A stretch of DNA of 64,000 bases, from positions 323,461-387,460 of the forward strand of contig JAWLBL010000001.1 of assembly GCA_041687695.1 (NCBI GenBank), given 5' to 3'. Source of the DNA: Myxococcota bacterium (lineage in GTDB: Bacteria; Myxococcota_A; UBA9042; PHBI01; JAWLBL01). Positions within the stretch are counted from its first letter, which is position 1. Each line of letters starts with the position of its first letter. Of this stretch, positions 21,686-31,555 are shown piece by piece. The notes beneath the pieces are model-generated. The model saw nothing but the letters and a program-made list of their open reading frames with translations, was not told the origin of the DNA and made no database searches. Made by a program: the position numbers and the translations under genes.

Positions 21686-23734
21686 ATGTCACGGAACGCC
21701 TCGAACAAGCCGGCCGCCGTCGCCGAGGAGGAGCGCCTCCTCGAGACGGTCCTGACCAACCTCCGACGCCTGCGCAGCGGCCCCATGGTGGCCGACCACG
21801 CGGCCGAGCTGATGCGCCTGCGCGACAGCCTCAGCGAGGAGAAGCTCCCCGAGGACATCGCCAGCATCATGGAGGCGATGGACCGCACGGCCGCGTTGAT
21901 GAGCCAGCAGGCCCAGGAGACGGGCGGCCACGTCGACCTCGACAGCCCCTACTTCGGCCACCTGGTCGTCGACGACACGCTGGGCAAGCGCTCGATCCTC
22001 ATCGGCAAGAGCACCTTCATCAGCGACCGCGTCCGCATCGTCGACTGGCGCAACGCGCCCATCAGCCGCATCTTCTACCAGTACGCCGAGGGCGACGAGT
22101 ACGACGAGGAGATCGCCGACCGCGACGTCTCGGGTTCGGTCCTGTTGCGGCGCACGCTGTCCATCTCTGAGGGGCGGCTCGAGCGCGTCACCGACGACGA
22201 GCACACCTGGGTCCGCCACGAGGACGACGCCTGGGAGGACCTGCGCGGACACGAGGCGCGCCTGTCGGGCGGCGCCGGAGCCGCCATCCGCCCGTCCAGC
22301 CTGGGCTCGCACGGGACGTTCAGGCGCGACAAGCACCTGCCCGAGATCACGAGCCTGCTCGACCCGCGGCAGTTCAAGCTCATCACCGGGCGCGACAGCG
22401 GAGTCGTCGTGATCCAGGGCAGCGCCGGCAGCGGCAAGACCACGGTCGGGCTGCATCGCATCGCCTACCTGGCCTTCGCGGCGCCGGGCGACTACCGCCC
22501 CGACCACATGGTGGTCATCGTCTTCTCTCGCGGGCTGGCGGCCTACATCGGCAAGGTCCTGCCGGCGCTGGGCGTCGAGGGCGTCGAGGTCCTCGAGTAC
22601 GAGCCCTGGGCGCGCGCGCTGCGCCTGAACCACTTCAAGGGGACGCCCGAGGCCTACAACGACGACACGCCGGCCCTCGTGACGCGCTTCAAGACCCACA
22701 CGGCCATGCTGCGGATGGTCGACGAGATCGGACGGCGCAACCGCGGCGGCAACCCGCTGGCCCTGTTCGAGGACATGCTGACCGATCGCCCGTGGATCGT
22801 CGAAGGCCTCGAGCGCTGGGCGCCGGGCGAGTTCAGCGACGCCGAGATCACCAAGATCCACCGCTGGTGCACCAACCAGCACTTCGTCCGGGCCGAGGGC
22901 GGCGGCGCGCTCGAGCACGAAAAGCCCGCCTTCGACCGCGAGGACGACACCATCCTCTTGCGGCTGCACCAGATCATGCGAGGCCCCCTGCGGGCCGGCA
23001 AGCGGCAGCTGCACTACGACCACATCATGGTCGACGAGGCGCAGGATCTGTCGCCCATCGAGCTGGCGGTCGTCATGCACACCGCCGGCAGGCGCCAGTC
23101 GGTCACCCTGGCCGGCGACGTCGCCCAGAAGATCGCCGAGTACCGCGACTTCCAGAACTGGACCCAGGTCCTCGGCGCGCTCGGGCTCGAGCACGTCGAC
23201 ATCTCGCCGCTGCAGGTCAGCTACCGCTCGACCCGGCAGATCATGGAGGTCGCGCGCGACATCCTCGGCCCGCTGGCACCCAGCGAGCGCGTGGCCACCA
23301 CCCGCGAGGGCGCGCCCGTCGGCCACCTGCGGTTCGGCAGCGACGGCGAGGCCGTGGCCTGGCTGGCGCCCGCGTTGGCCGATCTGCTGCGCCGCGAGCC
23401 GACCGCGAACGTCGCCCTGCTGACGGCCACCATGCCCGAGGCGATCGCCTGGTGGCAGGCGCTCGACCGCGCCGAGGTCCCTCGCCTGCGCCTGGTCGAC
23501 GACCAGGACTTCGCCTTCGCCCCTGGCATCGAGGTCACCGACATCCGCTCGTCCAAGGGCCTCGAGTTCGACTACGTCGTCGTCCTCGGCGCCGACGCCG
23601 AGGCCTTCCCCACGACCGACGCCGCCCGCCACCTGCTGCACGTGGGCGCCACGCGCGCCGCCCATCAGCTGTGGCTCGTCTCCACCAGCCGCCCCTCCCC
23701 CCTCATCCCGACGGGGCTGCCCGGCCTTCTCTGA
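21686..23734 (+). CDS. helD: HelD/HelR-like RNA polymerase recycling SF1 ATPase (682 aa)
   Basis: SPYFGHL, IVDWRNAPISRIFY (HelD-type N-domain), GSAGSGKTTVGLHRIAYL, VDEAQD, LAGDVAQ, SYRST, KGLEFD, VGATRA. Confidence 0.8.
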   Translation: MSRNASNKPAAVAEEERLLETVLTNLRRLRSGPMVADHAAELMRLRDSLSEEKLPEDIASIMEAMDRTAALMSQQAQETGGHVDLDSPYFGHLVVDDTLGKRSILIGKSTFISDRVRIVDWRNAPISRIFYQYAEGDEYDEEIADRDVSGSVLLRRTLSISEGRLERVTDDEHTWVRHEDDAWEDLRGHEARLSGGAGAAIRPSSLGSHGTFRRDKHLPEITSLLDPRQFKLITGRDSGVVVIQGSAGSGKTTVGLHRIAYLAFAAPGDYRPDHMVVIVFSRGLAAYIGKVLPALGVEGVEVLEYEPWARALRLNHFKGTPEAYNDDTPALVTRFKTHTAMLRMVDEIGRRNRGGNPLALFEDMLTDRPWIVEGLERWAPGEFSDAEITKIHRWCTNQHFVRAEGGGALEHEKPAFDREDDTILLRLHQIMRGPLRAGKRQLHYDHIMVDEAQDLSPIELAVVMHTAGRRQSVTLAGDVAQKIAEYRDFQNWTQVLGALGLEHVDISPLQVSYRSTRQIMEVARDILGPLAPSERVATTREGAPVGHLRFGSDGEAVAWLAPALADLLRREPTANVALLTATMPEAIAWWQALDRAEVPRLRLVDDQDFAFAPGIEVTDIRSSKGLEFDYVVVLGADAEAFPTTDAARHLLHVGATRAAHQLWLVSTSRPSPLIPTGLPGLL

Positions 23735-23741
23735 GGCCCCG

Positions 23742-26315
23742 ATGACCGACCAGTCCAACACGCCGCCCGAGCCCCCGTCCGACCGGGCGACCGACGCGCG
23801 ACACCTGCCCGTCTATCGCCACGAGGCCGAGATCATCGCGGCCGTCCGCGACCACCGCGTCGTGGTCGTCGAGGGCCCGACCGGCTCGGGGAAGACGACG
23901 CAGATCCCCCGGATCCTGCTTCACGCCGGCCTCACCGACCGGATCATCGGCGTGACGCAGCCGCGCCGCATCGCCGCCGTGTCGGTCGCCTGGCGCATCG
24001 CCGCCGAGCTGGGCTTCGAGCTCGGCGACGAGGTCGGCTACGCCATCCGCTTCGACGACCGGACCAGCCGCGACACGGTCATCAAGGTCATGACCGACGG
24101 CATCCTGCTCCAGGAGGCCCGCTCGGACGCCGACTTCAGCGCCTACGGCGTGCTGATGATCGACGAGGCCCACGAGCGCACGCTGAACATCGACTTCACC
24201 CTGGGGCTGCTGCACCGGGTCCTCACGCGCCGTCCGGAGCTGCGGGTCATCGTCAGCTCGGCGACCCTGCAGCCCGAGCACTTCCAGCGCTTCTTCGGAT
24301 CCATCCCCGGGGTCCACGACGTGCCACTGGTCCGCATCGACGCGCGGCCCTGGCCCGTCGAGACGTTCTATCGCCCGCCCGGCTCGGACGACCCGGCCGA
24401 CATCGCCGAGGCCGCCGCCCGCGAGGTCGTGGCCATCCATCGCCGCGGCGACCCCGGGCACATCCTGGTCTTCCTCAGCGGCGAGGACATGATCGGCCGC
24501 ACCCACGACGCCATCGTGCGGCTGCAGCCCGGCCGCAACCTGGCCGTCCTGCCGCTGTACGGGCGCCTGACGCGCGAGGAGCAAGAGCGCGTCTTCGACC
24601 CGTTCCCCGGGCAGCGCAAGGTCGTCCTGGCGACGAACATCGCCGAGACCTCGATCACCATCCCCGACACCCGCTTCGTCGTCGACAGCGGCCTGGCCAA
24701 GGTCCCGCGCGTCAGCACCAACACCGGCATCACGACCCTGCGCGAGGAGGGCATCAGCCAGGCCTCGGCCGACCAGCGCGCCGGACGCGCCGGCCGCACC
24801 GCCCCGGGCACGGCCATCCGCCTGTACGATCGCAAGAGCTACGAGCAGCGTCCGCGCTTCACCGACGAGGAGATCCTGCGCCTGGATCTGACCGAGGTCG
24901 CCCTGCGCCTCATCGATCTGGGCATCCACGACGTCGAGGACTTCCCGTTCCCGACCGCCCCGCCCCGCTCGAAGATCCGCGCGGCCATCGCCTCGCTCCA
25001 CGCGATGCGCGCCATCGACGACGACCGGCAGCTGACCGCCATCGGCCGGCGCATGGTGCCGTTCCCCCTGTCACCCTCGCTGGCCCGCGTCATCGTCGAG
25101 GCCGCCGAGCGCTTCCCCGACGTGGTCGACGAGGTCCTGGTCGTCTGCGCGTTCCTCAGCGCGCGCCCGCCCTACCTGTACCCGCAGGGCGAGGAGGGCG
25201 AGGCCCGCGAGGCGCAGCGCGAGCTGGCCCACCCGCTGGGCGACGCCGCGACGGCCGTGCAGACCTACCGGAACTGGCGGCGGGCCAAGGACCGGGACCG
25301 GTTCTGCCAGAGGTACTATCTGGACGGGCAGACCATGGCCTTCATCGAGAAGGCCCACGGTCAGCTCACGGACATCGCGCAGGCCCACGGCATCACCATC
25401 CGCAGCGGCGGCGATCCGTGGGAGATCAACCGCTGCGTGGCCGCCGGGTTCGCCGACAACTTCCTGCTCGGGCAGGGGCGCATCTACGAGGGGCCGGGCG
25501 AGACCAGCATCGCCATCCACCCCTCGAGCGTGCTCTTCGGCGAGCGACATCGCTTCGTGGTCGCCGCCGAGATCGTGGTGTCGCAGCGCGCCTATGCCCG
25601 GCAGGTCTCGGTGGTCAAGCCGGGCTGGATCGCCGAGCTCAACCCCGAGCTGGCGCGTCGCTGGCAGATCCGCACCCGGCGCGACGAGGACAAGCGCGGC
25701 GCGCCGCCGCCCGAGGTGGTGCCCGACAAGCTGCAGCTCGACGGCGTGGCCGTCCCGGTCGCCGTCAAGCGCGGCAAGCCGCTGGTCGAGCTGGCCCTCG
25801 AGCAGATCGAGCGCCTGCGAAAGGTGGGCCCGGCCGCGGTCCCGCCGAACGCGGCCGGCTGGCGCGCCCGCCTGGCATCGGCCAAGCACGGCGAGCTGAT
25901 GAGCGGCCCGCTCGCCGCCGTCCTGGCGCTGCTGCCGCACGTCCCGCTGCCCGCGCCCGACCAGGAGCTGCTCCGCGACGTGCCCGAAGGCGCGCTGCTC
26001 GAGGCCGACCGGAACCTGCACACGATCCTGCGCTACCTGGACCGCCTGCTCGAGCCGATGCTGCCGGCGCGCGGCAAGCGCCCCGGCTGGCTGATGCTGG
26101 TGGCCAACGGCGGCGGCGGCTACTGGTTCGAGGTCTACCCCGACTACAAGGACGCCCTCGAGACGACCCTGGTCAGCCTGGGCGACCTGATGCAGACCCT
26201 GCCTCCGGCCGACCCCGTGCAGGAGCGCCTCGAGGCGCTGTCCATCGCGCTGGACGAAAAGGTCGACGCCGTGCGCGAGGCGCTGGCCAACGCCAAGCGG
26301 CGCCCGAACGCCTGA
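23742..26315 (+). CDS. hrpA: HrpA-like DEAH-box RNA helicase (857 aa, short C-terminus)
   Basis: GPTGSGKTTQ, TQPRRIAA, MTDGILLQE, DEAHER, SAT, ATNIAETSITI, QRAGRAGR, HA2 and OB-like regions; 7 bp after helD. Confidence 0.88.
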   Translation: MTDQSNTPPEPPSDRATDARHLPVYRHEAEIIAAVRDHRVVVVEGPTGSGKTTQIPRILLHAGLTDRIIGVTQPRRIAAVSVAWRIAAELGFELGDEVGYAIRFDDRTSRDTVIKVMTDGILLQEARSDADFSAYGVLMIDEAHERTLNIDFTLGLLHRVLTRRPELRVIVSSATLQPEHFQRFFGSIPGVHDVPLVRIDARPWPVETFYRPPGSDDPADIAEAAAREVVAIHRRGDPGHILVFLSGEDMIGRTHDAIVRLQPGRNLAVLPLYGRLTREEQERVFDPFPGQRKVVLATNIAETSITIPDTRFVVDSGLAKVPRVSTNTGITTLREEGISQASADQRAGRAGRTAPGTAIRLYDRKSYEQRPRFTDEEILRLDLTEVALRLIDLGIHDVEDFPFPTAPPRSKIRAAIASLHAMRAIDDDRQLTAIGRRMVPFPLSPSLARVIVEAAERFPDVVDEVLVVCAFLSARPPYLYPQGEEGEAREAQRELAHPLGDAATAVQTYRNWRRAKDRDRFCQRYYLDGQTMAFIEKAHGQLTDIAQAHGITIRSGGDPWEINRCVAAGFADNFLLGQGRIYEGPGETSIAIHPSSVLFGERHRFVVAAEIVVSQRAYARQVSVVKPGWIAELNPELARRWQIRTRRDEDKRGAPPPEVVPDKLQLDGVAVPVAVKRGKPLVELALEQIERLRKVGPAAVPPNAAGWRARLASAKHGELMSGPLAAVLALLPHVPLPAPDQELLRDVPEGALLEADRNLHTILRYLDRLLEPMLPARGKRPGWLMLVANGGGGYWFEVYPDYKDALETTLVSLGDLMQTLPPADPVQERLEALSIALDEKVDAVREALANAKRRPNA

Positions 26316-26335
26316 CGCCGGGGTTCGAAACGAAC

Positions 26336-26369
26336 GAGGCCGGGAGAGCGTGGCGCTCGTCCCGGCCTC
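26336..26369. terminator. Hairpin between convergent genes (probable bidirectional terminator)
   Basis: GAGGCCGGGA-GAGCG-TGG-CGCTC-G-TCCCGGCCTC. Confidence 0.55.
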
Positions 26370-26390
26370 ATTGTCGCTCTAACGAGCGGC

Positions 26391-27092
26391 CTACTCTTCG
26401 TGCTCGTGCGGCTCGTCGTCGTCCGAGTACATCGACGCATCGAAGTACAGGATGAGCGGCAGCTTCTGCGCCGAGGCGCGCTTGACGGCGGCCCGCAGGA
26501 CGGCCCAGGCGTACTTGGGCGCCGCCAGCGGATCCTCGTCGGAGTCGAAGACCACGTCGTCGGGCAGCTCGTCGATGTCGCCCTGCAGCTTCAGGTGCTC
26601 GTTGAGGGCGTCGAGCTCGGCGCCGAGGCGGGTGACGGAGCCGACGGCCAGCTCCTCCATCTCCTCCTCCTCCTCGTCGGCCTCGTCCTCGTCCTCGGGG
26701 CCCATGAAGTACACACCCGGGAGATCGACCGGCGCGAAGACGGCGACGTCGGCGTCCGAGTGGACCAGCTGCGGGAACTTCTTGGAGCCCTCCTCCTCGT
26801 CGAGCGCGCCGAACACGTCGTGCTCCCACGGGGTCTCGCCCAGCTCGAAGCCCTGCAGATCCCCGTGCACGTCGACCCACGCGGCCAGCGCGCGCAGGGC
26901 GTGGACGCAGAAGGGATCGAGGGTGTCGGACTCGTAGGTCTCCTGAGTCCCCTGCTCGGACCACTTCACGGGCGAGCCGACCTGCTCGGAGAGCGCGCCC
27001 TGGAGGGCCTCGAGCGCTTCCTGCAGCTCCTGGGGGTCCTCGGCGCCGAGATCCCAGAATTCCGTGAGGGGCATCACGACGAGTTCGTACAT
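26391..27092 (-). CDS. Highly acidic hypothetical protein (233 aa)
   Basis: ATG after AGGA; strong codon bias; D/E-rich with an EDEDEADEEEEEMEE tract. Confidence 0.75.
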   Translation of the reverse strand: MYELVVMPLTEFWDLGAEDPQELQEALEALQGALSEQVGSPVKWSEQGTQETYESDTLDPFCVHALRALAAWVDVHGDLQGFELGETPWEHDVFGALDEEEGSKKFPQLVHSDADVAVFAPVDLPGVYFMGPEDEDEADEEEEEMEELAVGSVTRLGAELDALNEHLKLQGDIDELPDDVVFDSDEDPLAAPKYAWAVLRAAVKRASAQKLPLILYFDASMYSDDDEPHEHEE

Positions 27093-27154
27093 GGTCGTAT
27101 CCTGACGAGGGTGTGGCTGAGGCGCCGGGGTGGGTTTGGCTCGACGCGGCGCGA

Positions 27155-28852
27155 TCAGACCGGGGCGATGACCGGCGGAAGATAATCGTCGGGGGCCTGG
27201 AGCCCAAGCAAATTGAGGCACGTCGCGGCGAGATTCGCGAGGCCCGGCCGGCGCACGTCCCCGTCCCAGTGGAAGCGCGTCCCGGCCCCCCCGCCGACGA
27301 TGACGCAGGGCACCGGGTTGAGCGTGTGGCTGGTGCGCGCCTTGTAGGACGAGCCGTCATTGAGCGGGATGAGCGAGCCGGTCTTCTTGTCGCGCTCGAA
27401 CATCTCCTCGCAGTTGCCGTGGTCCGCCGTGATGACGCAGATGGCCCCGCGCTCGAGCAGGCCGTCGACGAGCCGCTCGAGGCAGAGGTCCAGCGCCTCC
27501 ATCGCCACCAGGGCGGGGCGCAGGCGGCCGGTGTGCCCGACCATGTCGCCGTTGGCGAAGTTGACCCGCACGAAGTGCGGCCGGAACGCGTCGACGTGCG
27601 CCAGGACCGCGTCGGTGATCTCGGCGGCCTTCATCCAGGGCCGCTCGGAGAAGTCGACCTGATCGCTGGGGATCTCGACCCAGCGCTCGAGCTCCTGGTC
27701 GAACTTGCCGGAGTTGTTGCCGTTGAAGAAGTAGGTCACGTGCCCGAACTTCTGCGTCTCGCTGACGGCGAGCTGCCGCAGGCCATTGCGCGCCAGGTAC
27801 TCGGGCAGGGTCCGATCGATGGACGGCGGCGACACCAGGAACTGCCGCGGCAGGCCGAGATCGCCGTCGTAGCGCATCATCCCCGCGAACCGGACCTCGG
27901 GGACCGCCCCGCGGTCGAACGGGAACGGCTGATCGGCCGGCGTCTCGAAGGCGCGGGTGATCTCGATGGCCCGGTCGCCGCGGAAGTTGAAGAACACGAC
28001 CGCGTCGCCATCGACGATGCGCCCGACCGGCTCGCCGTCCGCGGCCACCACGAAGGGCGGCAGGTTCTGGTCGATGACGCCGCGCTTTTCGCGCCGGTAG
28101 GTCTCGATCGCCTCGGTCGCCGACGCGAACTGGCGGCCCTCGCCGTGCACGTGGGCGCGCCAGCCCCGCTCGACGATGGCCCAGTCCGCCTCGTAGCGGT
28201 CCATCGTGGTGACCATCCGGCCGCCGCCGCTGGCGACGCGCGCGTCGACGCCGCGATCGCGCAAGCCCTGCAGGCGCACCTCGAGCGGATCGACGTACTC
28301 GAGGGCGCTCGTCTCGCCGACGTCGCGGCCGTCGAGCAGCAGATGCAGGCGCACGCGCTTGCACCCCTCGGCGACCGCTCGCTCCATCAGCGCGTAGGCG
28401 TGGTCGACGTGGCTGTGCACGTTTCCATCGCTCCACAACCCCATCAGGTGCAGGGTGCCGCCCGCGCGCCAGGTCTCGGCGAGCCAGCGCCAGGCGTCGC
28501 CCTCGAACAGAGACCCGCTCTCGATGGCGGCCCCGACCCGCTTGGCGCCCTGATCGAAGACGCGCCCGGCGCCCAGCGCGTTGTGGCCGACCTCGCTGTT
28601 GCCCATGTCGTCGTCCGACGGCATCCCGACGGCGGTGCCGTGGGCCTGCAGCCGCCCCGACACCGGCCCGGCGACCAGCTCGTCCAGGTACGGCGTCCGC
28701 GCCTGATACCAGGCGTTGCCCTGGTCGGTCGGCCCCAGCCCGACGCCGTCGAGGACGATGAGGCACACCGGCCCCTCGGGCGGTCGCAGGAAGGGGTGCT
28801 CCTGCAGCTTCCAGTCACGGGACGGATGCGCGCTAGCAGACGTCATGTCCAC
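27155..28852 (-). CDS. gpmI: 2,3-bisphosphoglycerate-independent phosphoglycerate mutase
   Basis: VLDGVG, DDMGNSEVGHNALGAGR (catalytic Ser), SDGNVHS, LDGRD, FNFRGDRA, ETQKFGHVTYF, NGDMVGHTG, ITADHGN. Confidence 0.97.
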   Translation of the reverse strand: MDMTSASAHPSRDWKLQEHPFLRPPEGPVCLIVLDGVGLGPTDQGNAWYQARTPYLDELVAGPVSGRLQAHGTAVGMPSDDDMGNSEVGHNALGAGRVFDQGAKRVGAAIESGSLFEGDAWRWLAETWRAGGTLHLMGLWSDGNVHSHVDHAYALMERAVAEGCKRVRLHLLLDGRDVGETSALEYVDPLEVRLQGLRDRGVDARVASGGGRMVTTMDRYEADWAIVERGWRAHVHGEGRQFASATEAIETYRREKRGVIDQNLPPFVVAADGEPVGRIVDGDAVVFFNFRGDRAIEITRAFETPADQPFPFDRGAVPEVRFAGMMRYDGDLGLPRQFLVSPPSIDRTLPEYLARNGLRQLAVSETQKFGHVTYFFNGNNSGKFDQELERWVEIPSDQVDFSERPWMKAAEITDAVLAHVDAFRPHFVRVNFANGDMVGHTGRLRPALVAMEALDLCLERLVDGLLERGAICVITADHGNCEEMFERDKKTGSLIPLNDGSSYKARTSHTLNPVPCVIVGGGAGTRFHWDGDVRRPGLANLAATCLNLLGLQAPDDYLPPVIAPV

Positions 28853-28940
28853 ACCTGTTGGGCCAACCTGTGGGGGGAGACGCGGACCATAGAGGGCCGC
28901 GCCCGACGAGGCAAGCCTCTGGCCGAGGCGCGCCGGGAGC

Positions 28941-28981
28941 CGACCGGGTCCGCCCGAGTCCGCCCGAGTCCGCCCGAGTCC
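28941..28981. repeat. Short tandem repeat (CGCCCGAGTC) x3 plus one degenerate copy
   Basis: Directly visible in the intergenic region. Confidence 0.8.
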
Positions 28982-28990
28982 AACGACGCG

Positions 28991-30910
28991 CTACTTCAGC
29001 TGACAGGACCCGGGCGTCGGCGGGTCGTCACATCCGACCGCGCCACAGGGACACATCTTGGCGCCGACGCACTTGCGGTTGTCGGCGCAGTCCTCGCTTG
29101 CGTAGCAGTCCTGGTTGAAGGCGGTGTAGGGCACGCAGATGGAGGACGTGTCCAGGCTGCAGCCGGTCTTGGTGCTGGCGGCGACGCAGCGCAGCCCCGG
29201 CGCGCACCCATGGTAGGTGTCGCAGCAGTCGCCGGCCTCGCCCAGCGGCGCGCACTTGCCCGGCTTGTCGATGTCGTCGCAGGTCGCGTCGGGCGGGCAC
29301 ACGCGCAGGCCCTTGCAGTGCTCGCCGCTCGGGCAGTCCGTGTGCGACCAGCAGGCGCCCTCGACCTGGGGGTGGCACGTCCCGGTCAGCGGGCAGTTGA
29401 CGGTCGCGCCGCACGGGTTGAGCGAGCAGTCCAGATCCCGCGCGCAGGTGCTGCCGTCGCCGCAGTCCAGGTTGGACCCGCAGTACTGGTCCGAGGCCGG
29501 CTCGCAGGTCCCCTCGCGGCTGCGCCAGCACTGCGCCCCGCACGCGCAGATGCGCGCCCGGTTGCAGACCTGGCCCTGCGGGCAGTCGAAGTAGTTCCAG
29601 CAGCTCTCGCCGAGCTGCGGCGCGGGCAGGCAGACGGCCGACGGCTGCGGCGGGCACGTCAGGAAGGTCGTCACGTTGCGGCACTCGTAGCCGCCGGGGC
29701 ACTCGCGGTGGCTGTTGCAGCAGTCGCCCTCGAGGACCGGGGCCTTGCACTCGCCCGGCACGTTGGGCGCGTCGCAGCCCGCCGGGTCGGTGCAGATCAC
29801 CTCGGCGCCGCAGCGATCCTGCGGGCCGCAGTCGTCCCGCGACCAGCAGCCGGACGCGATCTCGGCGACGCACACCCCCTGGGTCGGCGCCTGCTCGTCC
29901 ATCGGGCACCAGGCCACGTCGGGGATGACGCACCGAAGCCCGGGTCCGCAGTCGCCGGTCGTCTCGCACGGGGTCGCCAACGTCCGACAGACGCCGGCGG
30001 TGTCGGGCGCGTCGCAGTCCTCGTCGCAGCCGCAGAGGCTGGCCCCGACACACGCGCGCCCCGGCCCGCAGTGCTCGTCCACCCAGCAGCCGTTGGCCGG
30101 GGGCGCCGCCGCGCAGGCCCGCCCCTCGACGCAGATCTCGCCCGCGGCGCAGTCCGCGTTGGTCGTGCAGCAGGCCTGCCCGTCGCAGCGCCCCGCCGTC
30201 GTCGGCACCACGCACCCGCCCGCGCCGCACTGACAGTGCTGCGCGCCCGCGCACGCCACGCCGTCCGCGCAGTCGCCGTCCGCGAAGCAGCGCTCCCCGT
30301 CCGGCGCCGCCACGCAGCCGCCGTCGATGCACGCCCCGCTGGCCCCGCACTCCAGGTCGCCGAGGCAGCACGGCCCGGGGACGGCGCAGAACCCGGCCTT
30401 CGCCTCGCACCCGGCGTCACCGCACGCGCACGCGACCACGTCCTGGCAGACCTGGCCGGGGCCGCACTCGGCGGCCGACCAGCAGCCGGGATCCGCGTCC
30501 GCCCGGCACACGCCCTCGACGCAGCGCGCTCCCGCGTCGCACTCGGCGTCGGCGTTGCAGCACCCGGCGGGCCATCGGCAGCTGCCGGTCTCGGGCACGC
30601 AGGAGGCGTCGCCGCACGGGCACACCGACGCGTCCCCGCAGGTCTGGAACGGCTTGCAGTCGGCCGCCGTGTAGCACGCGGCCGCGCCCACGGCCGGGTG
30701 GCACGCCCCCTCGACGCAGCGCTGTCCGGGCGGGCAAGCGGCCTCTACGCAGCAGAGGAGGCCGACCGGACCGGTGTCCTTGGTCTCCTCGCTCGGCGCG
30801 TCCACCTCGGCCGTCGCGTCGGCGTCGGCCGTGGCCTGCGTGGGATCGGAGCAGGCAGCGAGCGCGAGGCCCGCAGCCGACAGGACGACGAGGCGGGCGA
30901 AGGGGCCCAC
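28991..30910 (-). CDS. Extremely Cys-rich lipoprotein (C..D.DC..G..C repeats); start uncertain (GTG 30910 chosen, ORF open to 31087)
   Basis: Lipobox LAAC, then many C-x3-D/E-C-x2-G-x2-C modules and CPCG/CACG motifs. Confidence 0.8.
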   Translation of the reverse strand: MGPFARLVVLSAAGLALAACSDPTQATADADATAEVDAPSEETKDTGPVGLLCCVEAACPPGQRCVEGACHPAVGAAACYTAADCKPFQTCGDASVCPCGDASCVPETGSCRWPAGCCNADAECDAGARCVEGVCRADADPGCWSAAECGPGQVCQDVVACACGDAGCEAKAGFCAVPGPCCLGDLECGASGACIDGGCVAAPDGERCFADGDCADGVACAGAQHCQCGAGGCVVPTTAGRCDGQACCTTNADCAAGEICVEGRACAAAPPANGCWVDEHCGPGRACVGASLCGCDEDCDAPDTAGVCRTLATPCETTGDCGPGLRCVIPDVAWCPMDEQAPTQGVCVAEIASGCWSRDDCGPQDRCGAEVICTDPAGCDAPNVPGECKAPVLEGDCCNSHRECPGGYECRNVTTFLTCPPQPSAVCLPAPQLGESCWNYFDCPQGQVCNRARICACGAQCWRSREGTCEPASDQYCGSNLDCGDGSTCARDLDCSLNPCGATVNCPLTGTCHPQVEGACWSHTDCPSGEHCKGLRVCPPDATCDDIDKPGKCAPLGEAGDCCDTYHGCAPGLRCVAASTKTGCSLDTSSICVPYTAFNQDCYASEDCADNRKCVGAKMCPCGAVGCDDPPTPGSCQLK

Positions 30911-31087
30911 GATGCGACCGACGATCGGCCGGGCGGTGTCCGACGAGGCTGGCGCGCGCAATTCGACCTCCGCGGTCCGGGTGCGCGGCGGTCGCGCTCC
31001 TTCCGAAACGGGAGCGCATGGTAACGGCTTGGTCCCACCGGCGCGAGCGGCGTTTGATTCTACGAACGCTCCGGCCTTCGAAAGCAC

Positions 31088-31116
31088 GAGAGCCCCGTCG
31101 ACCGGACGGGGCTCTC
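31088..31116 (-). terminator. Rho-independent terminator-like hairpin
   Basis: GAGAGCCCCGTC-5 nt-GACGGGGCTCTC downstream of the 31142-31471 gene. Confidence 0.6.
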
Positions 31117-31141
31117 GCTCGAAAGGCTCGGAAGGACCGAA

Positions 31142-31471
31142 TTACTCGGCCTTCTTCTCCTCGGCCTTCGGCTCCTCGGCCTTCGGCTCGCCCTCGGCGG
31201 CCTTGTCCAGGCCCTTCTTCAGGGCGGCCATCGCCTTGATGCCCTCGAGCATCTCGTTGAGCTTCTTCTCGTCGGCGAGAATGGCCTCGCACTCCTTCTT
31301 CTCGGCGTCGCCGATCTTCTTGTCGCCCATCTCCTTCTTCATCTCGGCGCAGATTTCCTCACCGGCCGCCGCGCACATCTTGTCCATGACCTTGGCGCAG
31401 GGGTCGCCGGCGCAGGCCATCACGTTCACGCTGAGCAGGCCAGCGGCGATAACAATCATGAGACGCTTCAT
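31142..31471 (-). CDS. Small K/E-rich helical lipoprotein with four additional Cys (109 aa)
   Basis: GGAGG RBS; lipobox VMAC; DPCAKVMDKMC...EEIC...KKEC; strong codon bias. Confidence 0.85.
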   Translation of the reverse strand: MKRLMIVIAAGLLSVNVMACAGDPCAKVMDKMCAAAGEEICAEMKKEMGDKKIGDAEKKECEAILADEKKLNEMLEGIKAMAALKKGLDKAAEGEPKAEEPKAEEKKAE

Positions 31472-31555
31472 CTGAGTTCCTCCGGGATCCCCGGTGTGTG
31501 GGCTGTTTTCCCCGCTGACGGTGCCCTCGTGACCGGGGCGCCGTTCGGTGCGGCC

